Source: Felis catus (taxonomy: Eukaryota). Taken from it: a stretch of 64,000 bases of DNA. The notes under the pieces are model-generated. The model saw nothing but the letters and a program-made list of their open reading frames with translations, was not told the origin of the DNA and did no database searches. Shown in pieces: positions 36,421 through 50,470 of this stretch (the first letter of the stretch is position 1; the number at the start of each line of letters is the position of its first letter). A program made the translations under genes and the position numbers. The stretch lies in assembly GCF_018350175.1 (NCBI RefSeq), contig NC_058368.1:200138001-200202000 (forward strand), written 5' to 3'.

Positions 36421-39400
36421 GTTTAGTATTTTTTTTAAGTAAGACCAGGGCTGAATATATATTTTGTATTTGTAGACATACAGAGTAATTAAAATTAACA
36501 CAAAAATAGCTTGACCAATGGGAGGGTACTGTGAGCAGTTGATATTTGAGTCAGGAATTTATAGACCAAGATGAAATTTTTGATTACAATGCAAATACAG
36601 ATCCTTTTTTATAATCTCTCTTAACAACAAAGTTTATTTCATATTAATAGGAGAGAAAGTCACGTACGTTCCAGGAGTCTGAAGTCTCAAGGTAAAGGCT
36701 GATTCTAATGGAAACTCTCTAGATTGTGATGAATCATGTAGCTTTCCCAGCAAAGGTTAAAGGAATATTGATGAAGTCAGAAACCCTTTCAGTGGTTTTA
36801 AAACTCTCAGTTTTTTGACCTATGCTGCTATCAGGTTATGAAACTAATATTTTCTCCATCAGTTGAAGAACAAGCTATACAAATCATTAAAAGAATGCGT
36901 TTAGAGAACGGTCTTACTTCACCGTACACTTTGTGCAAAGTCTTGTGGTTCTAACTATTACTACTACTTGGAAAACTCTGTAACTTATACAATGTGTACA
37001 CCATTTGAAGTATCATCAAGTGTTCTCACAAAGGGAGGGGAAGCATTGTTCCTTTGATGATAACTTGGCAAATGCTTAAAAAACTAATTATAATGTACCC
37101 AGTTATCCCAACATGTTGCATTTTCATTGCCCTCCTTCTATCTCCCCCAAACTCTCTTCTCATGTTGGGGAGGAAATGGGCTTCATTTTGAATCATGATT
37201 GTGGCACTATTTTTACTTTTCTTCTGCCCTACCATGGAAAAATCTCAAAAGCAACTGAGGGAGCTGAAAGAGTATGAAAAACTTGCTATTAGCAAGATTA
37301 GCTAAGGAACAGCTAAAAATTGATTTGATTTGTTTTTCATCTATGAAATTTTATCCTTGGTGAGCTTGAGGTATTGCATTGCAAACAGATCAGTCTAGCC
37401 TGATATTTCAAAGTCTGCAAAAGCCTAAATGGGCTCTTGCACAGTTTGCCCAGAGGACACGGATTTTATCTTCTACAACACAGAAGTGATCCAATCTCAA
37501 ATTAAGATAAAGGTAACTACATACTGCAAGGTATGTTTCCAAAGTGCTTTAGAGACCTTTCTACTCTTGTGGCAGTCTTCAGCAAAATATGGGGAGGTGC
37601 TCAAGTTGATGAGGAAGCTGAATGAGGAAAGAAAGGCTAAATTCTTATTGTCACCCCCTGTCATTTCCAGAGTACTATTGCAGTCTTCATGGATGGAATT
37701 TTGTCGAGTTACATAGTTCCTGGCAGATAGGAAGTAACACACACATGGGCCTAGTGTTTGCTGACTGAAATTCCACAATTTAGTGGCTAGAGCAGTGAGC
37801 AGAGGCTCAAAAGTCCCTCCTCACACTACAAGTCTAGGTTGTAAAGAACCTTTCCCCAGAAAATGTCTGGCAACCGATACAGACGTGACTTCATCTGTTA
37901 ATGTTCATATGTTCATATGTTAAGATATACCACAGATTGAACATTTCAGGTTTTCAAATTTTTAGGGGACAGGTTTGTGCTGTAAAAAGCTGAAACAGAC
38001 CTAGTGTGGGGAAAATAGCACAGGTATAGCAACTGATGTTGAACCACAGCCTTAGGGAGACAAGAGGGAGTGGTGGTGACACTGGCAAACTAGAAATCCA
38101 TGTCTGTCTAAAGTGGGCAGCTGCATTCATCTCCAGTTGTTTAATAAACATTTCAGAGTTTATTCATTTACTTTTTATTTTTTTTTCCCATTTCCCCGTG
38201 TATGGAGTAACTAAGCTATTTCCATAACTCACAATAGGGACTAGCTTCACTTTCACTTGAGATTACAGTGTGACAGATATTAAGATACCAAATTGTTGGT
38301 AGACGAGACCCCATTCCACCTCACACCCAAATATGTAGAGTTTACAAAGGGAATGGAGAGAGATTCTTTTCCATAACTCTTAGACTCTTAGGGACATTAA
38401 AGGTGTTTTGAAAGGGGAAGGCAGACAGAGGATTCTGTGAAAAGGGAGACTAGTAAGTATATTTCTTGGTGAGAGCATTTGTGGTATTGTGAGATTCCTG
38501 ATCCATCATTGGGAAGGGTAGGGTGGAGTTATACCCCATCTTAGAGAGAAGGGATTTGAGGGGCCTCCTGAAAAACACTGGGAGACACAGAGGATAATGT
38601 CTTCCTAGGAAATCCAAAAGCAAGGGAAGGGTTGACTTAGCTGCTTTGTTGCAAAGAGCCAGGACAGTTAGTTGGTATAGTGTTGAGAATAGTTCAAGAG
38701 TTTGTTGAGCCCAAGAATGCATGAGTGTTCCCCATACAGATATAGGCCACACTACCTAGACAGCCAGAAATAAATCAGCTTGGATTCTCTTCCACAAAGT
38801 CTGCATGAGGCATGGAAGTCTCAGCAAAAGGAGGATTCCAGGATCTGACAAAACATCCATCTTAGTCAAAGGCAACATGAGAAAATTTTCACAGGGAACC
38901 TCCAAGAAGACTCAAAAGCTCACCATTAAGTTATATTAGCTCTAAACATCTTCAGAATTGGAAAGGAAGAACTTATCAAGCCCAGTAAGACCTGTGCTAT
39001 CCTTATTTTTCCAAATTTTCCTACTTTATTTACATCCTAGAGGGAGTGCAAAGTAGTTGGAGGTAGGGGTGAGATAGCAGGGAGGTGAGAAAGGGCAATC
39101 AGTAACCCCTTTATCTCTCCAATTTTCAACCTTCAGGAAAAGAGAAGGTTCAAATTGAGATAAGTTTTTTTAAATTATTGTAGAGAGATGAAAAATCTAA
39201 TTTCTGACTTCGGTCTATTTGCAACCTAAATCAACTATAGGATTGTCTATTACCTGGGAGTGAGTAGAAACTTCACAGACTTTCAAGAGTTTTCTTACAG
39301 GGACAGAGAAAAGTTTAAAGAAATTATTAGAGAAAGTATTAGAGGCATTTGATCACAGTTCCACAGCATACTTCTTTAACATACTGGTTACACTCATTAT

Positions 39401-40218
39401 TGAAATATTTTTTACAGACAGAATTCTGGGATTTGAATTACAATGTTGTCAATTCATTTTCTTCAATGTTGCTTCTGATATTCAATTAAAAAAAGTTCTG
39501 TGAGAGAAAATAAGATAACTAAAAATGCAGTAATTCCATTAAAAAATAAATTGACATGAAACACGTCACAGATTTTCAAACACAGATTTTCAAATGAGTC
39601 ATAAAATATATGCTAAAATATACAGATTCATACTGAAGTTCTTTCTGTTCTATGTTGTTTACGAGGCCAAAAGAAACATTATCAAAGAGGAACTGCAGCA
39701 TAATGAGGAGTCCATCATGTTCTTTTGTCTCCTGAGGCACTGTCCTGCTTTTACAAATATAGCCACACCTGTCTAGGAGGTGGTTCTCTCGTTTAGGATA
39801 TTCCAATTATTTTCATTTGCTGGAATATTTGTAAACCTTTAATTTTTCCTAATGTGAATATTGGTTCCTGAGTGACTCTGCAGGAGTTGTCATTTCTAAT
39901 TTTTTTAAAAATGAGTTATTCCCATCAAAATATTTTCCTCTTTGTTTTAGTGCAGTGAATTCTCAGCAAAGTTCAGATAATGAAAAGAGAAATATTCATT
40001 CAAATTAAAGTATTTTTAACCAGGGGTCTACTCCAGGAGTATGAAACTGCAATATATGACATGCCCTGCCCAACTGAGCAGCACTTGTGACCTGCACACT
40101 TCTTCCTTCACTACATTGGTGATCAACATGATAAAGGAATCAGACTTTTGTACTTCAAAGTTAGTGTAAATCTAGGTCTGATCATACTACCTACAATAAT
40201 TTTTTCCTCTTCTTAGTC

Positions 40219-40431
40219 TTTTTTTTTAAGTTTATTTATTTATTTTGAGAGAGAGAGAGTGAACAGGGGAGGGGGGAAGGAACAGAGAGAGAAGGAGAGA
40301 GAGAATCCCAAGCAGGCTCTGGGCTGTCAGGGCAGAGCTGGAAGGGGGGCTCAATCCCATGAACCTTGAGATCATGATCTGAGCCAAAAGCAGGAGTCAG
40401 ATGCTTACCTGACTGAGTGACCCAGGCACCT
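40219..40431 (-). mobile_element. Can-SINE (older)
   Basis: Reverse SINEC with 'gagaatcccaagcaggctct'; TSD degraded. Confidence 0.92.
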
Positions 40432-41308
40432 GTCCTTTTAGTTTGCTCTAGTACATTTTTTTTTCTTTTTGGCAGAACTGATTACAGAAATTTAATATCA
40501 GATGTAAGAGTTGTCTGTAAGGTAAATGAATTTTGTAGAAGTATGAAATTCTCCTTTTTCAAAAATAAGCTATTTTATATTAATGACTTTTATTTACCAC
40601 TAAACTTGACCTGTAGAGAGTGGGGTGCTTTCAGTTTGCTGCTTATCTATAGGGAAAAGTATCAATTCCAAGATAATTAGAGAAGTTTCCAATTTAGGTC
40701 CTGTGAATACATTTATAAATTATGTCGTATTTATTGAATGAACATAATTTAATATGATAATTCAAGATAACTAGTTGAAAAGTAACTATTGTAGTAATTA
40801 ACTGGGAAGCTCATTTTAATAAAAGCAGTTTTAAAAAGTTAATTTATCCTGATTATATGAGAAGGTAATTCCTGTTTTTAAGAGTAGATAATTAATGTAA
40901 AAAGGCTTCCTCAAGATTTTACACATATATAAAAGATTGATAAGTACGAGACAAAATTATTTTTTATTGTGGTTGAAGGGAAATTTGGTTCATGCTTCTG
41001 GAATAATTTTGCAGATGTAGCTTGTTTCAAAATCATGAGTTCAGCACATACATTTTGAAAACTAGGATTCATTATTGTGTTATAAACTGATGTAGCAAGC
41101 TTTTAAAAATAAAACATACAAAACATGCTTTAAAAAATTCTTCCCTCTGGCTTTAAATAGGTTATGTCTGCATGAAGATTTCATTCTTGGTGCCCTAAAA
41201 TCATCATTATTTCTCATGTATTTTTGTCTCTAACATTATGGATTGTATCTTTAGCATGTTTAGTTAAAATACCTTTATCTTTGTATTTTTTATGACTTGG
41301 AAATTTGT

Positions 41309-42547
41309 TTTTTTTAATTTTTATTTAATTTATTTTTTAAATGTACATCCAAGTTAGTTAGCATATAGTGCAACAATGATTTCAGGAGTAGATTCCTTAA
41401 TGCCCCTTACCCATTTATCCCATTCCCTCTCCCAAAACCCCTCCAGTAACTCTCTGTTCTCCAGATTTAAGAGTCTCTTATGTTTCTGTCCCCCTCCCTG
41501 ATTTTATTTTATTTTTGCTTCCCTTCTCTTATGTTCATTTGTATTGTATCTTAAAGTCCTCACGTGAGTGAAGTCATATGATATTTGTCTTTCTCTGACT
41601 AATTTTGCTTAGAATAATACCCTCTAGTTCCATCCATGTAGCTGCAAATGGCAAGATTTCATTCTTTTTGATTGCCAAGTAATACTCCATTGTGTATATG
41701 TACACCACATCTTCTTTATCCATTCGTCCATCAATGGACATTTGGGCTGTTTCCATACTTTGGCTATTGTTGATAGTACTCCTATAAACATTGGGGTGCA
41801 TGTGCCCCTTCGAAAGAGCATACCTGTATCCCTTGGATAAATACCTGGTAGTGCATTTGCTGGGTCATAGGTTAGTTCTATTTTTAATTTTTTGAGGAAC
41901 CTCCAGACTGTCTTCCAGAGTGGCTGCATTAGTTTGCATTCCCACCAGAGTGCAAAAGAGATCCTCTTTCTCTGCATCCTCGCCAACATCTATTGTTGCC
42001 TGAGTTGTTAATGTTAGCCGTTCTGACAGGTGTGAGGTGGTATCTCACTGTGGTTTTGGTTTGTATTTTCCTGATGATGAGTGATGTTGAGCATTTTTGC
42101 ATGTGTCGGTTGGCCATCTGCATGTCTTCTTTGGAGAAGTGTCTATTCATGTCTTTTGCCCATTTCTTCACTGGATTATTTGTTTTTTGTGTGTTGAGTT
42201 TGATAAGTTCTTTATAGATTTTGGATACTAACCCTTTATCTGATATGTCATTTGCAAATATCTTCTCCCATTCCGTCAGTTGCCTTTTAGTTTTGCTGAC
42301 TGTTCCCTTCGCTATGCAGCAGCTTTTATTTCGATGAGGTCCCAATATTCCATTTTCGCTTTTGTTTCCCTTGCCTCTGGAGACGTGTTGAGTAAGAAGT
42401 TGCTGCAGCCAAGGTCAAAGAGGCTTTTGCTTGCTTTCGCCTCGAGGATTTTGATGGCTTCCTGTCTTACATTTCGGTCTGTCATCCATTTTGAGTTAAT
42501 TTTTGTGTATGGTGTAAGAAAGTGGTCCAGGTTCATTCTTCTGCATG
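41309..42547 (-). mobile_element. 5'-truncated felid L1 (ORF2 C-terminus + 3'UTR)
   Basis: Frameshifted ORF2 pieces ([28 protein letters not shown]...RYHLTPVR...[25 protein letters not shown]); TSD tatga..t.gaaatttgt (15/18 match) at 41291-41308 and 42548-42565. Confidence 0.96.
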
Positions 42548-43107
42548 TATGATCTAGAAATTTGTAATTGAACTTGAATATTTAGAATACTTTAGTGAAA
42601 AGTAAACTATTCTTGGAGACAATAGTTTAGTGGAAATGGCATGATTCCTTTTCTTGCTATGTGATAGTAACTGCATTCAAACATTTTTAAAACTGTAGAT
42701 GTGTCTTAATTAAATCATAAAATTAAATATGATCTATGGACTTTATATCGTTTCTCTCTTGTTTACATTATAGCTCAATATCTACTTGTTTCATGTTTGG
42801 TTTCTCCATTTAGTTATTGATATTCTGCAATTCTCCAAAGTATCCAAATTTAAAATTGTGATATTTTTGTCTAACTGCACTTCCTCATTTCCACACCAGA
42901 CAAGGATTTCTTAGCCCTATCTTGAACTTTGTGGAGGCTGCATCTATTGCGGTTTATCTTTGCTTCTTCTGCTGCATTTAGCATCAAATTTTGTGTATAG
43001 TAGGTTCTCAATAAACATAATTGAATGAGGGGAACTTAAATGCTTAATTTCATAAATTAGGTTTTTGAGCTGGGAATATTATTCAGATCTTCACTGTTGG
43101 TTTTGTT

Positions 43108-43335
43108 TTTTTTTTTTTTTTAATTTTTTTTTCAATGTTTATTTATTTTTGGGACAGAGAGAGACAGAGCATGAACGGGCGAGGGGCAGAGAGAGAGGGA
43201 GACACAGAATCGGAAACAGGCTCCAGGCTCCGAGCCATCAGCCCAGAGCCTGACGCGGGGCTCGAACTCACGGACCGCGAGATCGTGACCTGGCTGAAGT
43301 CGGCCGCTTAACCGACTGCGCCACCCAGGCGCCCC
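43108..43335 (-). mobile_element. Young SINEC_Fc
   Basis: CpG-rich near-consensus body, long poly-T, TSD tgttggttttgtt at 43095-43107 and 43338-43350. Confidence 0.97.
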
Positions 43336-43399
43336 ATTGTTGGTTTTGTTAGTAACTATGTTAAAGTGTTGCTTAGCACATACTATTCTTTCTTCCACC

Positions 43400-44170
43400 T
43401 ATATAACAAATATTTTATTTAGTGCATACTTCTTATGAGCTGGGAACTGTCCTAGATTCTGAGAATGGTGGTAAGCAAAAAAGAAAAAAAAAAGGCACAG
43501 TCATTGCTGTGAGGAACTTAGTAACGTGGTGGGAAAAGTAGATATCATAAGTTGTAATCATAGGAGAAGATGATTTTTGAGCATTTATGCTGTGCTAGGG
43601 ACCGTACTAAGTCCTTTGTATACATTATTTTGTTTTACTCTTAAAACAAACATATTAGCCCCATCCATTTATTTAACAAATAATTTCTGATAATACATTT
43701 TGTGCTAGGCACTATTTTCTATAGTGTTATAGGAGAAAATGAAGCATAAAGGAGGATGATGGTAAGGAAAAGTGTTCTTTTTTTCTTTTTAACAGAAGAA
43801 CTGGGGAAGGTGTCTCTGAAGAGGTCATATACTATAGAAGCAAGAGTGACTTGAGTATATTTGGATGCAGAGCATTCCAAAAAAAAAAAAAAAAAAAAGG
43901 AATGAGGTGGAAATGAGCTTGCTCAAGAAACTGAGAGAAGCAAGAGAATCTCCAGTGGTATCACTGGAGAGCAGGGTTTTGGATTATGAGGTGGAGAGAG
44001 TGGAGAGGTATAAGGTATATACAAGCGGTATAAGCAAAAACCAGATAATGTAGGACTTACTACATAATAAGAAGAAATTTGGATTTTATTCTAAATATGC
44101 TAGGAAGCCCTTAGAAAATTTTGACCTGGGGAATATTATGATTACATCTACATTTTCAAAAGCCATTTCT
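43400..44170 (-). mobile_element. L2/MIR relic cluster
   Basis: Several L2/MIR-like 3' motifs ('aacaaatattttatttagtgcatact', 'tgagcatttatgctgtgctagg') and 'tttggattttattctaaatatgctaggaagcccttagaaaattttga'. Confidence 0.55.
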
Positions 44171-47100
44171 AGATATCCTGAGCTCTTCTTTCCAATATAC
44201 CACATATGCCCCAGCTTGTACAGACTTAGTTTCTTCACCTCATTATTTTTTCTTTTCTCCTCATTTGCATTAAACTGAAGAGATACATAAACCTTTTTTT
44301 ACACTGTAAAGGAGTCACTGATTTCATGTGGTATTCAATTAAGCCATCTCAGAAGAAACAAAAATACTTTGTTTTGAAAAGTCTCCAGATATGAAATGAA
44401 ACAATTACCTGCCACTCTGATGCCAAAGATAGATTTTGTTTTTGTATCTTAAGAGACTGTGTCAAAGATCCCTGATTTCAAATGGTATTAGTGTCATTGT
44501 TCATAAAAATAAATTGGAAATTCATTCTTGACTTGTTTAGAGAGACCAAACTCTTCCTTTTAAAGTCACCATGACTTTTTAGATTTCCTCCTGCCATGTG
44601 GCAGGAACAGCGAACCAGAAACAGTATTCCAAAGCCAGACAGAAGTGGTCAGAGGAGCTAGAGTCTTATTTTGAGAAGAATTTAAGAGAAAGTAGAAAAC
44701 AAAAAATAATGACAAAGAGTTCAGAGGAAATGAGCAGGTCTCAATTACAGGGAAGCCAGAAGCAATAAGACGGCAGAGCCCAAGAGGAGAGCAAAATGAA
44801 ACAGGAAGCAAGCTAAATGCTGACAGCAAGTATTGCAAAACAAATATGTAGCATAAAGAGGATATTTTCCTGAAAAGATGAAAATCAAAGCCATGAAACA
44901 TTTAATAGTTGGTGATGGAAAAACTAAGGTCACGAACAAAAAGAAAGTTTACTGACAAAATATTTCATTATAAACTGTAAGGAACTTAGTGATCAACACA
45001 GGTGAATGTATAAGGAAATCATAATAAAACAGGTCAGAATATTTGCAAGAGTAAAACTGATATTTTGAGGAGGGTTTTATTCAGAAATGGAGACAGTTTC
45101 TACTAATTATTTTGATACTTCATCTGTTTTCAGTATTTGTTTCACCATGTATTCTTCAAAGGTGAATTTTATATCCACTTTTGCAATGTAAAATATCCTC
45201 ATTTGTTTAATGTGTTCTTATCTCTTTGAATCATATAAGCTCTGATTCAATTAGGTAGATGGTGACTCCTGGGTTGCCTTCAGATTTATGGAGACATATT
45301 TATCATTTTTAAAACACATCAGATAAGGAAAGGTCTGCTCAATGAAATACAGTAATTTATCATTTTTAGGAGAGGGAAATTTGTTTGCTATTTTATTACT
45401 GCTGTGAATCCAAATTATCTTACAGGTGTTTTAGAGATCTGTCTAGATCTGATAAGTTCTTTCTATTTGAAATAAATTGGTTCTATCCTCTTAGAGAGGA
45501 AAACTGTGCCATATGCCCTGACTGTTCACAGAAATCAGTAAACCCTGGGAATATGAACATGAAACACAATGGGCTGTTGAATTTAGAGAAAGTAGAAGTG
45601 TCCTCAAAAGCAGATACTTTTTAATAAGCAGCTGGTTAGTTATTATTTTAGACCTTTAAGCTAATCATAAAAGGAGGCTATTAGCAGGTAATGGATTAAA
45701 TAAAGTAGCTCATATTTGTAAAATTTTTTTATTATTAAAGAAGGAAAATAGTCCATGGTACACCGACTTTTGTCAAATCTGTATATTACACATAAAATGC
45801 TCTTAAAAGGGTCTGAAGGCCATGAACTTTCTTTTGATTAAATGTGAAAGACTCAGGATTGCTTTCCTCTTAATTGAAAGCATACTGTTAGATCTAAAAA
45901 TAAAAACTTAAAGTTGAAAAGATGTGGCTGATGAAGAAACCAAAGCTCTAGGAGGATAAAGGGCTTATCTGAAGTTTAGTTGGTGTAACTCTGGAAGGAA
46001 AACTTGTGTCTTCTGAAACATGTTCTGTTTTTTTTGTGGATTGATCCTTGATCATCTTTTTCTCTTTGCATTCTTACCTTAGAATTCTGAACCTACTATT
46101 ATCATTGTCTCCTTGCCACGCCAATATGAAAATTAGCTTCCAGTGTTACAGAATAAGAACAATAGTGAGTGCCAGGGAAGAGATGTGTAAGGAAATAAGA
46201 AAGCTCTGCAGATTGGTTGATGCTATTGAAATATTTTAAAAGAATGAAGATTGTGGTAGGCATCTAGCAAAAAAAAAAACAAAACAAAACAGGTTTGTCC
46301 CTTTTCAAATAGAAAAGTATCTCCTCCTCCCCTGAAATATCTGCAATGAGTAGCAATTAAAAAACAATTGGCAGGTAATTATTGGCAATATTAATAACTG
46401 AACACTTAAGAATCTTCTTTGTATTCATTTTCCAGGATTCTAAATAATCATGCATAGTAATTGACTTTTAAATCAGCCCTGTTCTCTATTTATGTGAACA
46501 TTGATTTCCAGATTTTAACATTACAGTCGTCTGCCTGTGCTTCCCGGATAAAACTGTGTCATTGAAGGCTCCCTTCAGAAAGCTAAGCTAAGCCAAGCCG
46601 TCATGGCCCATCTGGGGAGGGTAAGAAAGAGGACAATTCTACAACACCCCAAAGTTTCTTAAAGAAGCCAGAACAGTAGCAGCTTGAGGGATTTTGCCCA
46701 GAGCATAGCATGTGTTCTGTGTTTAGTTTCACAGCTCATTATTGGACAGACACCCCGTGACTGTGAGCAATTTTTGTTCCTTGAGGCCTGCTGATACTGG
46801 CTATGGTTTCATCATTGATTTGTACATAATCTGCGTGTTGCATCTTTATTGGATTGCCATGATTCATTTAAAAGGAAATGTTTTTGATCCTTGCTGACTG
46901 GCTTTCATGGTGGGGTGAGGTGGGTAGGGGGTTGGTGAGCAGCCTAGAAAAGAAAACACTTTCAGTGTTGCTCTTGGGTTTATGGCTGGAAGGGAGAGCA
47001 GCTAAAACACATTAGTCCTTTTGCTATTCAGAGGTTTGACCGCTTTAGCTCGGGGGCCCCCAGATTCATGATCCATTTTCTGTTTCCTGTCCAGCATCTA

Positions 47101-50100
47101 TTTGATGCAATATGCTCCATGTCTCTTTTCATTAACTGAGATCTATATGATGTCAATTGAGAAAAACAGTAGCTGATGTTATGAAATACTTGCAATGGCA
47201 TAACAAAGATCTGTTATAAAGGCCTTTTACTTTGTTCCATTGTATACTTTACTATTGTGTTTTATGCCTGCAGCTTGGCTGTATTGAAAGAAAATATTTC
47301 AGCTGGGTCCTGCTGGGTTTTTTTAACTTGCCTTTGAAATGCTAGATAAGTGAGCTCCAGCTATGGCAAACTCCTGACATTAACAAATATGGGACAAGTA
47401 ACCTCACCAATGCATGTAACTGCCACACAAAAACTCAAGACCAAATCTACAAACAGAGCCATAAGCTGCTCCAAGGGTAAATGAGATTTGGATTAACGTT
47501 AATGTCACAGATAAAGCATCCTTTACATCCTACAGAAAGTGGGAGGTGCCATCAGGTCAGAGGACCCCTAGGACATTTGGTTCTGAAAGGAGAGAGGTAA
47601 CATGTGCTTAAGAGGAGGAATATAAAACTTTACTGTTAAGTGGACATGTATATGGAAATCAGAAAACAAGTATTCTTTCTCCTGTCTAGAGTATCTTAAG
47701 ACCAGATAATGCCTTATCTCATAGTCCTTTGAACAGTTTGAGATGAAGTTAGTGCTCTACAGCTATCTCGCATTAATGGAAAAGATGATATGAAAACCTC
47801 ACATTTTGCTATAATCTCAACAATGTGAAGCAATGGCAACCCAACAAAATTAGAAACTGGCAAATAGTTTGAAGAAAATTGTAGAGCTAAAGAAAAGATC
47901 CCGGCTTTAATGAGACACACTAATTGATGGATCTCTGATTTGTGTTGCTCTTAGTGATTGTATTTTAATTACTAAATTAGTAGTGCTATAAATTGATTGT
48001 GAATGCATTATCCATGTACAATCATAACATGCATAAAGAAAATAACTACTAAAAGAATTCCACACATTAAATTTATATTACAAATACAGAAAGTTCTAAG
48101 ATAGCATACTAAGCAATTATTTGTCAAACATTAACAACTGGCACCACTACTTAATAACATGAATGCACTCTGAAGGTATATAATTAATACTATTAATTTA
48201 GCCTTATTAGCATTTATTTTTCTAATTATTTGAGGGGTTTAGAAAGTCTTACTAAATACGAAAAAAATTTTAAGGAAAATCTGGATTTTCCTTAACATTG
48301 ATAAAAATAAGTAAGTTCCTGACTAACTGAAGCCAATGGGCACTAACAAGTCAGGTTTCATGACTGCTCAACAGCTGCTTCCATATTATACAATTCATTC
48401 AATGTCCCTTCAGGGAGGTTCACTTAATCCCTTCTTAGTGCTTGATCTACAGATCACTGTATTTTAAATATGTGGGTCTAATATTATTGAAAACTACACA
48501 AAAACTTTAAATGTCATTTCAAGGGTTAAATTTATTGGCATCTGTTTCAAGCAATATGTCTTTAGTAAGCAGTCATTCCAAACTCTACATTATTTGTAAA
48601 ACTAGTCCATGAATGAAGATTTTATAACCGTTAGTTGTCTCGTTTCTATGGAAACCAGCAGTAATTGACACTGATTGCTGAACCCAGGGAAAGTAGAATC
48701 AGAAGGTACCATTATGAAGAAGGTACCTCTATAAACTATAAAGGTAAATTAGCTGCCAGAAATAACTGTTTTACGTGAGGTTTATTATCCATGTAAAGTA
48801 ACTTTCCATACATAAAGCCCAGTTTATGTGCAATGAGGTACTAAAAGGCTACTTTCCCTTTCCCCAGAAAATGCATCTATTAAGGTGTGAGTATGTGTGT
48901 CTATTTGTATGAGAAAAATAGTACCAAACTGACAGTTTTTAAAAATTGCAGATACGTAATAGTCTACTATATCACTGAGTCCAGGGGTACAGCATCAATG
49001 TGGCTGCTCTTCTGTGATACCTTTGAAACTGGCTTGAAGTTGGGTATAAAATGGGATACTCTTCTGAGTTCACTGACAGTAATAGGCTCAACTGTAGAAA
49101 ACCTTTATTTATACTCCTTGTCTGTGAGCATGGTGGGAAAACAACAACAAAAACCAAAATACAAAAAAAAAATAACAAACTGAAATCACCAGAAAATAAG
49201 CATCCAGCCATTTCATTTAAGGTCAAGCACATCAAAATTTAAACAATCTTTATAAATAATTTATTTTAGTTTTCTTAATAGGGAAGGCATTAAAGGGACA
49301 GAACTAGGAATTTTTATAAATTATATTTTGTCAACTTTGTAGAAAATTCATTATTATTATGATTTTCCTTTTAATTATTTATGACATTGTTATAACACAC
49401 GATTTCTGAACACTAGACTATATTTGACAATAGGCACTTGCATTTTTAGGGTTCTCAGAGTTCTGTGATAGAAAATTCTACATGGACAACTGATAAAACT
49501 CATGGCTGTTAGGGAGGGTTCATTAGCTATACTCTAGTTGTCCATGGGTAGCCTCCTGGCTGTCCATAAATACCTAAGACCATATGCAGTTTTTTGTATA
49601 TATACATTTGTCTAGAATGAGAGTGAACAAGCTTCAGCAATTCCTCAAGACTCTTGTAACCAGTAAGTAAAAACACACAGCAACTGTTTTTTAAGTCTTG
49701 TTCATGAAACCAAGAGAGTCCTTAAGATTCTTGGGGGGGAAGATCCAAAGTTCAAAACCATGTATATAATAATGCTAAGACATTATTTGCCTTTCATGGT
49801 GGCATAGTGCTAAGTAGTGAGTAAAATGGCTCCTTAGTACAAAATAAAACTATATACATAAAATAATATTATTGTCAGCATATTTTTCACTGCCATGCAT
49901 TCACAGTTAAAGAAAAAAAACATTTCAACTTGCAAACGATGCAACATAAAAATTAATTTTACTGTATTTTGACCGTTGACTGTGTCTTTTTAATATTCCA
50001 CATGCTAAAGTGGGAAGTATGTGTAAAACACTTGTGCTGCATATAGAAATATGATGATTGTTTCAAAGAAGGACACTTATACAGTTATTGAGGAAGATGC

Positions 50101-50470
50101 CTCCCCCTATAAAGCACCATTTTTATTCTAAAGAATGAATGACAGACTACGGTTATTTAGATTTAGGTATTTGACACACACTTTCCGAAAAGTGAATTAA
50201 ATGATCCTGTTACAGGAAAACAACTGATGATATATGTTGCTAATGATAAATGTGAGCATTCAAAAGGAAACAACAATTTTGAGGACCTTGTATTTGCCAT
50301 AATGAGCTTGCCAATATGTGAAAACTTCTCTGATGACATTGGTAGTGATTTTAATGAATGTGAATTTTTGATATGGTGTGATGAAATGTGTCAACATTTG
50401 GAAGATCTGTATGACTCAGGGAACCAATAGCTTCTAAGTGACAAATAATTGATGTAAAAAATCATTTATG

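Noticed and set aside
41574..42552. Cluster of 74-138 aa ORFs as a gene
   Set aside because: Frameshifted L1 ORF2 remnants and their antisense frames; 5'-truncated and non-autonomous
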